NCBI RefSeq assembly: GCF_009914755.1
Contig: NC_060933.1
Reading direction: 5' to 3' (one strand)
Source of the DNA: the human T2T-CHM13v2.0 reference genome, Homo sapiens
Length of the DNA: 64,000 nucleotides
The notes under the pieces were generated by a model. The model was not told the DNA's origin and did not search any database. It saw only the letters and a list, made by a program, of their open reading frames with translations. The position numbers and the translations under genes were made by a program. Positions within the stretch are counted from its first letter, which is position 1. Each line of letters begins with the position of its first letter. This document shows positions 16,183 to 33,051 of this stretch, in pieces.

Positions 16183-16731
16183 TGATCTGTTTCTCCCCTT
16201 TTCCCCCTCTGAAGGTCCTTTGCACACTTCCTACTCATGCTGCCCTCTCTGGCTGCTCCCCCAAGGTAGAATCAGGCCCTTCTTAGTGTTGGCATGCCAG
16301 TATAAATCCTATGGCAGGATCCGCCCTAAGCCATATGAGGTAGCTGTGGAACTGCAGAGAGGACCCACTCACTCCGTCGAGCAGTAGGACTTGTCACCAT
16401 CCACATGAATAACACCACAAGCAGGGTTGTTGGTGATCATTCACACACACACACATTTAGCCCTCCAGAATTTGACCACCAAGGAAGTACTTTACGGGCT
16501 CCCATGGCATCTCCTTCCTTGGTCTGTGCAGAGTCATCACTGCAGTATGTGAGGATCATTTAAGCTAGGTTGCTGGCCAGTACCCCCTCTCCCTGACCCC
16601 TCGTGTTGTTAAGAGCTCAGGTTATTCCTCACACTGGGTGGGTCTTGATTTCTCACCCCTGAGGCCGCCACAATAGGGCCGGGTGCACCTCCTCACGAGA
16701 GAGAACCAGAGACAGTCCTGGAGGGGAATGT

Positions 16732-16752
16732 AATCCTGGACGAGCCCCCCAA
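16732..16752 (-). promoter_or_regulatory. Primer-binding site, tRNA-Pro type
   Basis: Minus strand TGGGGGGCTCGTCCAGGAT is close to the canonical Pro PBS TGGGGGCTCGTCCGGGAT. Confidence 0.85.
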
Positions 16753-16754
16753 AT

Positions 16755-17235
16755 TGTTATATATAAAGTTTTGGTGCCACAAAAGAAATAGCATTCAAAT
16801 ATAAAATTTTCTTTTTAATTCTCAGCAAGGCAAGTTACTTCTATATAGAAGGGTGTGCCCTTACAGATGGAACAATGGTGAATGCACACTTGGACAAGGG
16901 AGGGGAAGGGGTTCTTATCCCTGGTGTACGTGGTCCCTGCTGCTGTGTCATTCCCCTATTGGCTAGGGTTAGACCACACAGGTTAAACTAATTCCGATTG
17001 GCTAATTTAAAGAGAATGATGGGGTGAGTGCTTTGGCAGGAGTCAGGGCAGAAGAGCAGGTAGCAGGTAATTGGAATGATTTCGGGTGGAGCAGGTGATC
17101 AGAATGAGTCAGGGTGGAGTAGGTAATCGAAAAAGGTTGCTTTATGAGGAAGTTAAGTTTAAAAGTAGAAGGCAAATAACTGAATATACTGACATATTAA
17201 TTCTCTGAAAAGAAATTTAGAACTCATATCTAACA
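16755..17235 (-). mobile_element. 5' LTR (LTR10A/F-like)
   Basis: Minus strand begins TGTTAGATATGAGTTCTAAATTTC; TGAGTCA at 17105-17111; PBS adjacent. Confidence 0.85.
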
Positions 17236-17810
17236 GGAGAGAGTGGCATGACATATTTAAAATGCTGAAGGGGAAAAAACTTTACCTAGACTAGTATATC
17301 TAGTAAAAATATCTTTCAAACATGAAGGAAAAAGAAAGATTTTTCCAGACAAACAAAAGTTGAGCAGTTTCATTAACATCACACTTGTCCTACAAAAAAA
17401 TGCTGAAGAGAGTCCTTAAACTAGAAAGAAAAGGACGTTGAGCAATAAGAAATCAGCCACCATACCTGGCTTCATTGTAGTTTTGATTTGCATTTCTCTG
17501 ATGATCAGTGATGTTGAGCACCTTGTCATATACCTGTTTGCCATCTGTATGTCTTCTTTTGAGAAGTATCTATTCAGATCTTTTGTCCGTTGTTAAATTG
17601 GACTATTAGGTTTTTTCCTGTAGAGTTATTTGAGCTCATTATAATCCCAGCACACAGGCAACCAAAGCAAAAATTGACAAAATGGGATCACATTAAGTTT
17701 AAAATCTTCTGCACAGCAAAAGAAACAATTAGCAAAGTGAAGAGACAACCCACAGAATGGGAGAAAATATCTGCAAACTGTCCATCTGACAAAGGATTAA
17801 TAACCAGTCC
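17236..17810. mobile_element. L1 ORF1 end (+), then inverted L1 ORF2 pieces (- 17470-17640, + 17645-17807)
   Basis: ORF1 resumes after the TSD; the two ORF2 pieces are adjacent in the L1 consensus but opposite in orientation. Confidence 0.75.
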
Positions 17811-20800
17811 CAAACAAAAGAACTGCTTTTGAAAGAAATTTAACAACCTACCTGCAGAGAACTAAGGCTTGTAAATCTGAGTGTCAGCACTTAGAGTAAA
17901 ACCCACTTAATTTTAAATTTGGGGGGCTTGAGTTTGCCTGCAAGTTTCTTGTACATCCTAGGGTGAAATTTGTTAAAAAACGTATTCTTTCTACCAACAG
18001 AGAACTCATGGTTTCCCATTCAAGGGAGTGGCCTGTTAGGAAAACAAAATTAACCAAAAGAAATGAAATCTACTCCAGCAACCTATAATAATCAAACTAT
18101 TATTTTACTTATATTTTTAAGTGGACTAGAGGGAAACAAGTAGCATAAAAAGGTGGATGAGGATGAACAAATAGAATAACTGACCCTGGAAGCTGGGTGT
18201 GGTTCCCAGCTACTTAGGAGGCTAAGGCAAGAGGATCACTTGAGCCCATGAGTTCAAGGCTATAGTGCACCATTACTGCACCTGAGAACAGCCACTGCAC
18301 TCTACCCTGGGCAACTTAGCAATATCCCATCTTAAAAAAAAATACCTGAACCTAGAATAAACAAATTATATTTCAGGGAAGAGAAAAGAAAAGAACTTTA
18401 AAACATTTTTATGACTAGTCTCAGAGAAAAGAAACAATTACATATATAAAATAAGAATAGGTTGCTTTAAAAGGGGGAAAGAAGAAAAATATCTAAGAAC
18501 AACAACAAAATAGAATTTGGGAAATCAAAAATGGGATTGCTAATATTTTTTTAAAACCCATTAAAGGATTAAAATCTCTCCTGGACCATAAAACAAAAAG
18601 ACACAGAGACAGAAAATATTAGAGAAATAATTTGTTTTTAAACAGAGGATCAAACTAGAAAGGTTTAGTTACAGAGAAGAGAAATCCCTTTAAAATTCTT
18701 ATAGAGATAAAAATAAGATATTAACAAAAATGGGAAGCAGATTGGTATCGGATTTCTCAAAAGCACCATTGGGTCCTAGAAACCAGTAGGGTCATACCTT
18801 CAAAGTTCTTAGTGAAAAATATTTTGACCTAGAAATCTGTACCCAGGAAAACTGCAAGTCAAGTAAGAGAGCAAACTTGTTCCTACCCTAGGACCTTTAC
18901 CCTTGCTGGCAATGTCTGCCCCCAAGTCTTTGCATGGCTTGCTTCTTTTTCATCATTTAATGCTACCTTTTCAGATAAAAGGTCTCTAACACCCCCATCA
19001 AGACCCTCTATTCTATTAACCTGTTTTATTTTCCTCACAGCATTTATCACTAAATGGTATTTTTTTCATTTCTTGTTTGTTGTCTACCTCTCTCCACAAG
19101 GATGTTGTCTTTTTTCACCACTGTGTCCCTAAGTCCCTGGAACGATCCTTGACATATAATGGGAGCTTCATTATTATTTGTTGAGTGAGTGAAAAAAATG
19201 AATGAACGTCTTAGCCAACAGATTATGAGCCTCTACAGTAGAAATTACACCATATTCATCTTCATATTTTTGGAAGTGCCTTGCACAAAGTAGTGCTTAG
19301 TAAATCTCTATTGAATTATTAAATGAAGAAATGTTCTTGAATTAGCTAGGTTCTTATCAGCTCAGCAGTTTTGTTTCTGTGGTATTTGTGCCAGGACATT
19401 GTCAATTAGTCATATGTAAAACACTTCCATTTCTTGAAGTAAACTGAACCAGAAATCCTTCCTGATTTAAACACTTCATTTTCCCCCATTTTTTGGAAAT
19501 GCCTCTTAGAAGAAAATCTGGCAGACACAGGAAGCACGTTTAGCAAAGCTCCTTCCTGATGAGCCCACCGCTGAGCTGGGGGTTAGATCCCTTCTCTCTC
19601 CCCAGTGACCAGAACTCCCAGTGACAATGCCTTCTAAATCATGATCTGTTAACTAGGAGTGTATTTGTGAGACAAATGAGCAAAGTGCATGAAATTGAAA
19701 TGGTGCCAGAGATCCAGGATCTCCTTCTGGGGTAAGGCACAATGTAAAACACAGATGTGAAGGGCCAAAAGCCCAAGGAGTGCTTTCTTTTGACAGGCTG
19801 CCTGAGGCCAGGGAGCACCTTTATGAGACCAGTGGCCTTGATTTTGGTCAGTTTTGTCAAGAGTGACAAAATTATTTATTTCACTCTTTATTGAAGCCAC
19901 TTTTTGCTAAATGGGAGGCTGTCTGTGCTTCTTTGGTCTGACTAGCTCTGGTATTAAGTAATCTCTAGGGTCTGTAGCAATAACCAAACAAACTGATGAT
20001 TTATTGTTTCTTTCTCCTTATGGAAAGGAAGTAAAGTGAAGCTTTAAAGACTAAGTACCAAAAAACCCTATCACAATAAAAAGAAATGTAGAACATCTGC
20101 AAGGGCTTTGAAGGCCTCATGATGGCAGGAAAAGCTCTAGCAATGAAGAAAGAAAACACTGTGCCCTACACCTTCAGGATTCAGGCTGTCAGGGTAGCCC
20201 TGCTTTCTGGGGCTTGGGCTGATAAGAAGTGGTCTTCCTTTCTGGTGGCTTAGTTTGAGCAGTAGAACTCAAACTCAGATCAATAATTCACTGAGGCTTT
20301 ATCTGAACCATGAGAATAGCTTTGTTTTCACATGATTAATTGAAGAGAAAGATAAGAAGTGGGAATAAGATTGAGAAGGAAAGATTGCATGGCCCCAGAG
20401 AAACCCTCATCACAAAGAGCTGAGCTACTCAGTGTGAATCTGGACTGGGCTAGGAATAAAAGCAGATTTTATGTGTTTTATCCCAATTCTCCTTTGTTTT
20501 GTTGTTCCCCGGCCCCTCACTCAACTCTCAAATACCAGTTTTTGATACTGAATGATATTAAGCGTTTAGTGCTAATTTTTAAGTGATACTGGTTTTGATT
20601 GTGTTTTAAAATAAGATCTTAACCATTTAGAACTATATATTAAACAGATGAAATTGCATAATGTGACAGATTTATTCTGAGAAGGCAGGGGAAGAGGAGG
20701 TTTGGATGAAATTAGACTGGCTATGAATTGACAATTGTTGAAGCTGGGTGATGGGTACACGGGTGCATGGGGGTTTGTTGTCCTATTTATATACTTTAAT

Positions 20801-21029
20801 TGGTGTTTTAAATTTTCCATAATAAAAAATAATTTAAAATATCAGTTTCTGGGAATGGTCCCAGTTAGACCTGTTCCTCCTACTTTTCTAGTCTTGTCTT
20901 CAAAGACCTTCCCATCAGTAGCACAAAGATGAAACCTCCCATTATCTAGCAATGGGGATGGTTTGCTTTGAGCCAGCCATACTTTGTGACCAAGGTCACA
21001 GATGTGAAGACTCTTGGGTAGATGTAAAG

Positions 21030-21900
21030 ACTGTTGGGTAGACTTCGAGGTGGTTCAATAACATCATGTTGTCTCTAGAGGCAGGTGGACATATAGTGCT
21101 GGTAGGAATGTAAAATGGCATAATAACTTTGGAAAACATTTGGCAGTTTCTTAAAAAGTTAAAGATAAATTTTTTATAGGATCCAGTGATTGTACTCCTA
21201 GATATGTACAAAGGAAATGAAAGCTTATGTCCATGCAAAGACTTGTACACAGATGTTCCATACAGCCTTGTTTACAATAGTCAAAAACTGGAAACAACCC
21301 AAATGTTCAATAAAAGAAAAATTAGTACACAAATTGTGCAATATCAATACAATAGAACACTACTCAGTATTAAAAAAATGAACAATTGATAGATGCAAAA
21401 ACATGGATGAATCCCAAAGTCATTATGCTAAGTAGAAGAAGCCAGAAAAAAAGAGTACATACTATATGATTCCATTTGTATAAAATCTAAAAATTTCAAA
21501 TATTCTAAAGTGTCAGAAAGCAGATTAGTGGTTGCCTGAGGACCAGGGGAAGGGAGAAGTGGGAAGGTGGGGAGGAGGAATTCAAAGGGGCACGAGAAAC
21601 CTAGGAATAATGAATATTTCACTAACTTGAGTATGGTGATGGTTTCACAGATATGTGTGTGTATGCGTGTGTGTGTATGTCTAGTATATAGTTGTATACT
21701 TTAAATATGTGTGATTTTAGGGGGATAGTGACTGAAAGGGGACATAGGGTGGTTTATGGGTGCTGAGAATATTCAATTTATTTGTTCTGGGTATTTGTTC
21801 CATTAGTGTGATTACTTTGGGAAAATTCATCAACATATATCTGTGATTTCTGCATATGTCTTTATGTGTGTTAATAATTAAATGTTAAATAATCAAAAAT
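21030..21900 (+). mobile_element. Old L1M 3'-end fragments
   Basis: ctggaaacaacccaaatgttca, acatggatgaatc, gattagtggttgcc. Confidence 0.75.
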
Positions 21901-21940
21901 AGAGGGCATCAGATTAATCTGGAACTATGAGTAGTATAGT

Positions 21941-23850
<1,910 letters not shown>

Positions 23851-24273
23851 TTCAATAATGGAATGATTACGTGCTTGGGTTCTGGAACTGGTTCAAAACC
23901 TGTTTCTTCTACTCAGTAGCTAAGTGACTTTAGACAAAATTCTTTCTCACTCTTAAGTTCCTCATCTATTATTAAAAGAGGATTATTGTAAATATTAAAT
24001 AATATGTATAAATACTTAGCATAGTACCTAGCACTTAGTTAGTTATTACTATGTTTTATTACTATTATCTCCCTTGAAAATCCCAAGGAGGGCTTCTGCT
24101 GGACTTTCTTTTCTGTCCTATGTACTGCTGCCTAGAGACTGTGAACTATAGGGCCTCCCTGCCCTCCTAGGAGAGGGACGCTTTGCTGAGAGATAAGGCT
24201 CTAGACTGTAGAACTGAAGCAGCACATATGTTGGATAAAATGTTAATTTAATTCTTTTTTTTTTCATGTATCG

Positions 24274-24470
24274 ATTTTCCTGGTTTTAGGCATCGTGTGT
24301 TTTGTCCTAGCAGTTGGGCATGGCATTTGGCAGAACAAGAAATGCTACCACTTCCAGATTTTTCTGCCATGGGTAAAATATGTCTCTTCATCAGCTGTCT
24401 CTGCCATCCTCATATTCTGGTCCTACTTCATTATTCTCAATACCATGGTGCCCATTTCCCTCTATGTCAG
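24274..24470 (+). pseudogene. ATP8B5P: ATP8B5P TM3-TM4 exon (IFLVLGIVCF...IILNTMVPISLYVS), acceptor mutated
   Basis: P4-ATPase PISL motif; the polypyrimidine tract ends in ...gtatCG rather than AG; donor gtagg. Confidence 0.88.
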
Positions 24471-26166
24471 GTAGGCTTCTTTGATCACTTTGGGGTGTGG
24501 GGGAGGAGCTGACTTCATACTGTCTACTTAATTCCCCAACCAGAGTGTGAACTTTTAAAAAGCATACACTTGTGCTCTTTAACCCCTCACTCTCCACAGT
24601 AGGTGGTGTACAAAATGCTCTGAGATATATCTAGAGGTTGCATAAATGCCTTCCATGTCCAGAATACTGTGCTAGGAAGACACTATGTGGTTTATACAAA
24701 AAGACAGTTATCCCTGCCCTCAAATAACTTATAAAGTAAGTGGCTAAATAAGACATAAAAACACATGAAATAACTAGAAAACATACACACAAATTTGGTG
24801 ATGCTTAAAGCATGGGTAGTTTCCCCAGGAAGATAGGCCAGGCAGCCCATAGTTTACCAATGAGATAGGTCCAAACATTCACTTGTAAGTCAATTAATCA
24901 GAATTCAGAATCCATTTTCCCACACAAACAGTGTGACAGATGGTAGATAGGTGTAATTGTGACCTAAGTTCAACTCCTAAAAGTTGTGGAAGAGAAGAGG
25001 AAGGGTTTCCCTTCCTCTTTTTCATAAGCACCTTGAATGAAAATTTGAAATAGCTGAAAAAAGTATTTACCCTACTCTGATCATCCTTTTCTGGGTTCTG
25101 CATTTCCTTACACATACACACACCCAAACACATTTTAGTTTCCTCCTTTCCAGGCTTTCTAAACCCTGTACCGGGGCTTTTTGGCAATAAAAAAAAAAGG
25201 ACCCTATGTAACTAGATTACCTTATTTAGTAATATTTATTGAGTATCTACTATGTGCTAAGGTTTAGAGAGATTGCTATGGTGGCTGATATGGTAAAGGA
25301 TGGGAGGGGTCCCAACTCCAGGCATAGAGATTATCAGTAATGAGTCAATGATGAGGACCTGAGCACCTCCTTCCTCACCTCAAAGGAAAAAATCCCCATC
25401 TGTCAGTGCAGCTGTCTCAGACAGGGATTACTAATAATCACTCTTATAATAAAGCAGACTAACACACATTAAGTATGAATGATGATAAGAAGGAGACCCC
25501 TTAAAAGTCTTCACTGTTTTAAAATGAACATGCTTGTTAGCCATAAAGAATCTATAATGGACGCTATTTGGAGCAGAAGAGGAGTATGACAGAGGCAATA
25601 GGGAAAACTTATATAAAATGAGAAGAGGTTGTTGTGGGAGGAGACACACCACAGGCAGGCTGGCTCTGCCTGGAAATTTATCAGAGGGTCAGCCCATAAA
25701 CTATTCCTGATTTTCATAGCTTCTTTCCTTCTTCTGAAATAAACTCTGAGTGTGTCAAGGTTCTCTGTCTTCCCCATGTGACAGGAGCAATAATCCTCCA
25801 ATTGGGCCAACACAGCCTTTTATAAGTTAACTGTTACTCTATCACACCTTGCATTACTGCAGAAATTCCAAAATTGTAACTTTTCCTGGATACATTATGG
25901 AAAAAAAAAAAAAAGAATAAAAGCCAGGTATGACTCAAAAAAGTTAATCAAGTATATCTGGGTCCAGGTGGTAAAGCCTTGGGTGATAATGGCCAAAGTC
26001 AGCATTACAATGGGTTGGCTGGTGGGAAGGGTCCTTCAGAAGGGTAGAATCCCAAGGAAGACACTCTGATTTTCAGATGCTTAGCCCTGCTAAGAAAGAA
26101 ACCAGGATGATATATTTGCTTGTCCTGTTCTGACGCAGAACCATTCTTTTTCTGCTTTCTCCTTAG

Positions 26167-26375
26167 TGTTGAAATAATAAGATTGGGCAACAGTTTATAT
26201 ATCAACTGGGATCGGAAGATGTTTTATGCACCAAGGAACACACCAGCACAGGCTCGTACTACCACCCTTACTGAGGAGCTCGGCCAAGTCAAATATGTGT
26301 TCTCTGACAAAACAGGGACTCTGACTCAGAACATTATGATTTTCAACAAATGTTCTATTAATGGGAAGCTCTATG
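26167..26375 (+). pseudogene. ATP8B5P: ATP8B5P phosphorylation-site exon (VEIIRLG...[35 protein letters not shown]), donor mutated
   Basis: DKTGTLT at 26306-26326; ccttag acceptor; expected donor reads ATatgc instead of GTatgc. Confidence 0.92.
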
Positions 26376-26679
26376 ATATGCATGTCTTCCTGCTTTCCCC
26401 AAGTCCTGGGAAATTTTTACTTTGCAAATTGTTTTCAAGACTAATCTAGCTCTAAATCTGTAAGCCTCTGGAATTCACATTTATCTCCTATTCTCACAAC
26501 TGTCTCTATTCTCTAAGCAAAGACCACCCAGCCCAAACAGTTCTAACCAAAAAGCATTTATTTAGCATCTTATAGGTACAATCTATTGTGTTGGGCATTG
26601 AGAATACCGAGATGTGCAAGACTTAGTCTCTGTCCTCAAGGAGTCCCCAATGTCTATGTACTCAGTTCACTCCCACTTT

Positions 26680-26980
26680 AAATCAGATGGATGTTGGTCA
26701 AAGGGTACAAAGTTTCAGTTAGGCAGGAGGAATAAGTCTTCAAGATCCATTGCACAGCATGTTGATCCTAGTTAATAATAATGTATTGCATATTTCAAAA
26801 TTACTAAAAGAGTTTTAAATGTTCTCACTACAAAAAAATAAGTATGCAAGGTGATAAATATGTTAGTTAGCTTGATATAATCATTCCATGGTGTATACAT
26901 ATATGAAAACATCACATTGTATCCATAAATATATACAATTAGTATTTGTCAATTAATAATAAAATTAAAAATAAATTAAA
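26680..26980 (+). mobile_element. L1MA 3' end
   Basis: ttggtcaaagggtacaaagtttcagttag... ending in an A-rich tail. Confidence 0.8.
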
Positions 26981-27397
26981 TGGAGCAGTCAATGTATTAC
27001 TGAAGCTGCTAATTTCTTGATTCCCCTTTACAGCAATAAATATTATTGAGAGAAACCATCAAAGGGTAGTCAGAGTTTGATCAGTGTCTCCCAGGCCCAA
27101 TCCCTTATTTATCTTATGCCTTAAGCATAAGCTTGTTTTTGTGATAGAGTTAAGTCCTCATGTGTGTGAACAGTCATACCCAGTGTCCTAGCTAACAGAG
27201 GAAGGTAATCACATCTAAAAAACTAGAACACATGGAATAATCTTTCTGGGGTGACGAAAAAGTTTAGAAACTTGAGAGAGGTGGTAGTTGCACATTGTAA
27301 ATGCACTAAATGCCTCTAAATTGTACACATTAAAATGGATAATTATATGTTAACTAAGTAAATTTCATATCAATAAGTAATTGAAATTTTTTAATTA

Positions 27398-27712
<315 letters not shown>

Positions 27713-28249
27713 CTAGAGCACTCTAATATTTCCTATTATTTCCTATATTTCCTATTATTTGTTTGGTAACCATGTCAAACAAATTTTCACTTATATAAAC
27801 TCTGAAGGCTTATTTTTGGATGAGCTGATTTGGGTGAGCCTCTTAATTCTCTGACCTGACCATATACTGGGTAAAGTTGAAAAGGACCATGAGTGTTTCC
27901 ATGCTTGGCATCAGACATGTCTTCTACCCCTATTCAGTCTGTCATCCACTGGTCAAGAATCCCAAACATTCTAAAACTGTGTCCACATCTCTTCTGGGTA
28001 ACTCTTATGATTGGAGGGCTTCCTGAGGTGTGAAGTCTATCACAGATCCAGTGACTAACTTCTAGCTTCATCTTATTCTCACTTAGGGGAGAAGAGTTGA
28101 GGCCCAAGCAAACCTCTTCTTACCATTGGCTTAGGGAAAGGAGCTTACTGGGAACTGGGAGCTAGGTGGCCTGAGGAGACTGGGGGGCAGGCATCTTGAC
28201 TGCAAGTCTAGGATGAAGGAATCAGAATAAATAAGCTTTTAAGGCCCCT

Positions 28250-28810
28250 CCTTTAAATCACCATATGACCCAGCAATTTGATTCCTAGGTATATACCCCC
28301 AAAACTTGAAAACAAGAACTCGGATACATGTATACCAACGTTCATTGTGACATTATTCGCATAAGTCCAGAGATAGAAATAACCCACATGTCCATCCACA
28401 GATGAATGGATAAAGAAACTGTGGTATAGCATATACATACAATGGAATGTGAATCATCCATAAAAAGTAATGAAATTTGATACATGCTACAACATGGATG
28501 AACCTTGAAAGCATTATGCTAAGTGATGTAAGCTAAACACAAAAAGACAAAAATTTTATGATTCTACTTATGTGAACTATCTAGAATAGGCAAATTCATA
28601 GAGACAAAAAATAGACTAGAGGTTACTAGGGGCTGGTGATGGGAAAAAATGGGAAGTTTCTGTTTGGGGTGCTGAAAAAATGTTGGAAATATATAGTGGT
28701 GATTGTTGCACAACATTGTGAATATAATTAATGTCATTGCATTTTACATTTAAAATAGTTAAAATGGCAAGTTTTATGTGATATATATGTATATTTTTTT
28801 AACAACAATT
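28250..28810 (+). mobile_element. L1MB-like 3' end
   Basis: ccatatgacccagcaatt...acatggatgaaccttgaa. Confidence 0.8.
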
Positions 28811-28874
28811 TAAAGAAATTCAAACCCTCCTTTAAAACCCTTGCCAAGTCTCTGCTGTGTTCACTTACCAACAG

Positions 28875-28918
28875 GTGATACTTATGACAAGGATGGACAG
28901 AGGGTGACGGTCTCTGAG
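28875..28918 (+). pseudogene. ATP8B5P: ATP8B5P short exon (GDTYDKDGQRVTVSE)
   Basis: aacag acceptor and gtgagt donor; phase fits the preceding exon; resembles the short post-DKTGT exon of ATP8B genes. Confidence 0.75.
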
Positions 28919-29079
28919 GTGAGTGATTACAGCTCCATGGGAAATGCATGTGGGAGCTGAGTGAGGCTGTGCTTCAGAGAAGCATCCTTAATACAAATCG
29001 AGACTCCCTTAGCCACTGAAATATTAAAGCTTTTACTGGTCCTGTAATATCAGAAAGCATTATATAAATGACCTATGTT

Positions 29080-31830
29080 TAATTCTGAAGATCTTCGTTT
29101 GTTCTTTTTAAACAAAAATAGCTTTATTGGCTTTTTCTCTTTAAAAAATAATCCATGCTCACTGTAAAAAAAAAAATTAAATAATACAGAAATGTGTGAA
29201 GAAAGTTAAAATTATTCCATCCCATTTAGATAGCCAGTGTAAAGTTGGGGAGTATATCCTATGCTTTTCATATGTGTATACACACACACATATGTACATC
29301 TAGATCTAGAAGATGGGGGAGATAAAATCATAGTATGCATGCTATTTCCAGTTTCCTTTTGTTCACTTGACACTATTATTGTCGTCATCTTTCCATGTCG
29401 GTAGGTCTAGGTCTACATCATCATTTTGAATGGGTGTCCACTATTCAGTTGTATCACTGTACCTTAATTTATTTAATTTCTTATTTTTATTCCATTTTCC
29501 TTTGCGATTACAAATGACATTTTGGTAATCATTATGGAACATACATTTTGTCTACTTTTCTGATAATTATTTCTTTAGAATAAAGTCCTAGAAGTAAAAT
29601 TCATTGGTCAAAAGGTAGCCACGTTTTAATACATTAAATAGTGCCACATTGCCCTCCAGGTAGATTCGCATAACTTTATAATCCCACCAAAAATATATGA
29701 CATTTTGTTTTCCCCCATATGCTTGTCAGAACTGGTATTAACAATTTTTAATCTGTTGAAATTTAATTGATGAAAAATGGTATCTAATTATTTAATTTAC
29801 CTTTTTTGATGACTAATTAGGTTGAATCATTTTTATGTGCTTATTTTTCTTCCCCTTATCATCTCTTTATTGCCCATTTACACTTACTTTGTGAACTGTC
29901 TATTCATATTCTTTGGCCTTTTTTTCTTATTTGAAAATGCTCTTTATACAGTAAAAATACTAGCTCTTCCTTTTTCTGGTGCATATGTTATAATTATTTT
30001 TCCCATTTTGTCTTTTGGTTTTTAATTTGTTAAATAATATTTTGTGTAGAAGTGTTTAATTCATGTAATCAAATCTATCAGTCATTTTCCTTTGTAACTT
30101 AAGGATTTGTGACATATTCAACAGGCTTTATAAAATTATAAAAATATCTTCCTATTCATTCTTCTTATCTCTAGTTGGTTTTTACTGTTTTCTCTAGTAT
30201 TGGACCCAGCTTTTGTTTATGGATTTGTTTTTAAGTGTCCCTTCACAGGGGTTCTTCTGCTGCCTTCAGGGTATTCCTCACCTTATCTCTGTCTTGCTAG
30301 ACCCAATTCCAAACTGAGCCACTTGACTTATGTACCAAACATCTGACTCCAGTTCTCAACTGTTGCCTTACCCCTGTCCATCCAAAGAGATTGGGAAGGG
30401 GAAGGAAATTCAGTGATTTGCCTTAAATCATCTTCCAGGGGCTTGGCTAATGACCTTGGCAATATAGGCAAAATTATAGCTTCTAGGGAGTAAATCCCTC
30501 CTGGAGTTTCTTTCCTCTCCTTCTGTCCACTACTGATTGACCGTAACACATTTTTCACTAAATCACTGGAATTTTTGTTCTCTTATAAACAAACTTACCT
30601 ATAGCCTCAATCCCTTCATTAATTGAAACATGATTTTCCCTGAGAACATTCCTTTTTCTTCCATCTCTCTCATACTCTGCATACCATAAACTCTGGATAC
30701 CATAAGCCCAAAGGTGTTGCCCTCATTATCCTGTGCCATGTTTAACCATTAGTTTTTCTCTCCTACACAATCTTTCTTCCTGTGATGCTTATGACTTCTG
30801 GCTATACTCATCTGTAACTCTTCTTGTTGTTGATATCTAGGAAGCTTCTGGCTTCTACACCCCATTCATTGAGGGCTTTGAAACTTCTCCCTCCCCTCCC
30901 AACCACTGCTATTGTTTTGGGTGGTATTGTCATCCTTATGGACGACCTATCACTGTAGACTCTTTCAGGTCTCTGAAAGAATCCTTCAGATGATCTCTTG
31001 GACAAAAAAAAAAAAAAATCTGTATCACCCATTTCCATGTTACCATGTAATTGTCCAGAGTTGTACTAATGTGGAATTATAAACTTTCTTTTCACAATCT
31101 TTGATCACAAACCTTATTCCTCCATATTCTCAGTACATGGCTCGTACTTGAGATTTTTAAAAGTATTCCTGCTTTTTTATCTCATGGAGATTTATAAACC
31201 CTTGGCTTTCTTTTTTCTCCAGTCTATCAATTCCTTATGACTTTACTTCCTTTCCTAGCTTGCCTGTCTGTACCCTGGGATCATAAGCATCCTCAGTACC
31301 TTACTAGTTCTCCTTTTCTTCTCTTTAATCACTGAACAAATCTCAACCTTGAATTAACCAAACCATCGACCCTGCTCTGTTTCTAATTTGAGAGTGTTAA
31401 GCACTATTTTGGAGATCATAAAACCATTACAAATTCAGAGACTCCACTGTCCTCTGTCCCAGTGCCACTTGGCAAATTTTTCACCATTTTGTAATTGGCT
31501 TCATATTTTATTCTCCGTATCAGCTTTTCTAAACAATCACCATTCTCAGACCTTCTACCACACTCTCCTGGCTCCCCAGTACGTAGCAAATGATACTGCC
31601 TTCTATTTTACTGAGAAAAATCCAAACTATCAGCTAAATATCCTCCTCTGTACATATATTTTAACCCGCCTTTACCTCCTTTCCTTCAGTCTCAAAAGAA
31701 GTATAACTTTTTCCTTCAGTACTAATCTATATATTGTAGTTTCCATCCCTTCCTACTTCTTCAGGAACCTCAGTCAATCCTGTATTCTCTCTTTCTTAAT
31801 ATCTGACTATCCCCTTATATGATTCTTTCC
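29080..31830. mobile_element. Degenerate L1 (-) followed by probable L2-type remnants
   Basis: AT-rich L1 3' motifs in reverse (gtaaaattcattggtcaaaagg); pyrimidine-rich L2-like segments (gccttctattttactgagaaaa). Confidence 0.5.
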
Positions 31831-32712
31831 CCTCAGCTCGTCTTTTTTTTTTTTCCCCGCGGAGTCTGGCTGCATCCCCCAGGCTGGAGTGCGGCGGCAC
31901 GATCTCAGCTCACTGCAGCCTCCGCCTCCTAGGCTCAGGTGATTGTCATGCCTCAGCCTCCTAAGTAGCTAGGATTACAGGCGTGGCCACCACACCTGGG
32001 TTAAACTTTCCCTTAAGCTGTTTTCACTGATGTTGAGACTTAGAATTTCCAAACATATGTAGTGGGAACAAATTCCTGGATCTTGGAGTTTTCTTAGCAT
32101 CCAAAGTCATCTTTTTGGAACAGGCTAAGCCTCAAGGAGCCTCTGGGTCATGCCAGATAGGCCAGATATGGCGTTCACCTATAGCCATACTCGGAAATAC
32201 AGCTTCCCTTTGCTTCTCCTTCCCCACTCAGACAGCCTGTACTCCTGACCCCAACACACACACAATTGTTACTTTGATGAATTCATTCCACATTTGAATG
32301 TGAAACCTCCCCCACCTTAGTGGGGAGAAGCAACACCTGGATTTTGATGCTCTAAGAGGAGTCCCTTTTCCTATGAGAAGTTTTTCAGAAGCATCTCAAG
32401 GATTCCCAAGAGAAACAACCTCAGAAACAATTATCTTGGGAGTCCTACTTTTGTTGCCATAGAGTCCAGGAATAACAGGCCAGTCAGCAAATAGTAGCAG
32501 ATTTGTATTCTCCCAAGCCCTAGCAAAGCCAGTCGGCTTTGTGGGAGGCATATGTGTATGCATGTGTTGCTGCTGACCTCTTGTGGCTAATAAAGAAAAA
32601 GCCCTCTCTAGGTCCCAGGATGGAGCGTCCAGCCAGGGAAGGGTCATTGGGTCTATTCTGCTTGCCAATATTAGGCGGTATGCAGTGCTACAGAAGCCAC
32701 TGAATGCCACTA

Positions 32713-33051
<339 letters not shown>

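Noticed and set aside
15373-16387. Multiple overlapping long ORFs
   Set aside because: Produced by stop-poor CT and minisatellite repeats inside the provirus.
26120-26449. Stand-alone DKTGT ORF as an active ATPase
   Set aside because: It is one exon read through a broken donor; there is an upstream stop and domains are missing.
31388-31822. 144-aa ORF in the interval lacking ATP8B exons
   Set aside because: No ATPase motifs; lies in degenerate repeat-like pyrimidine-rich sequence.
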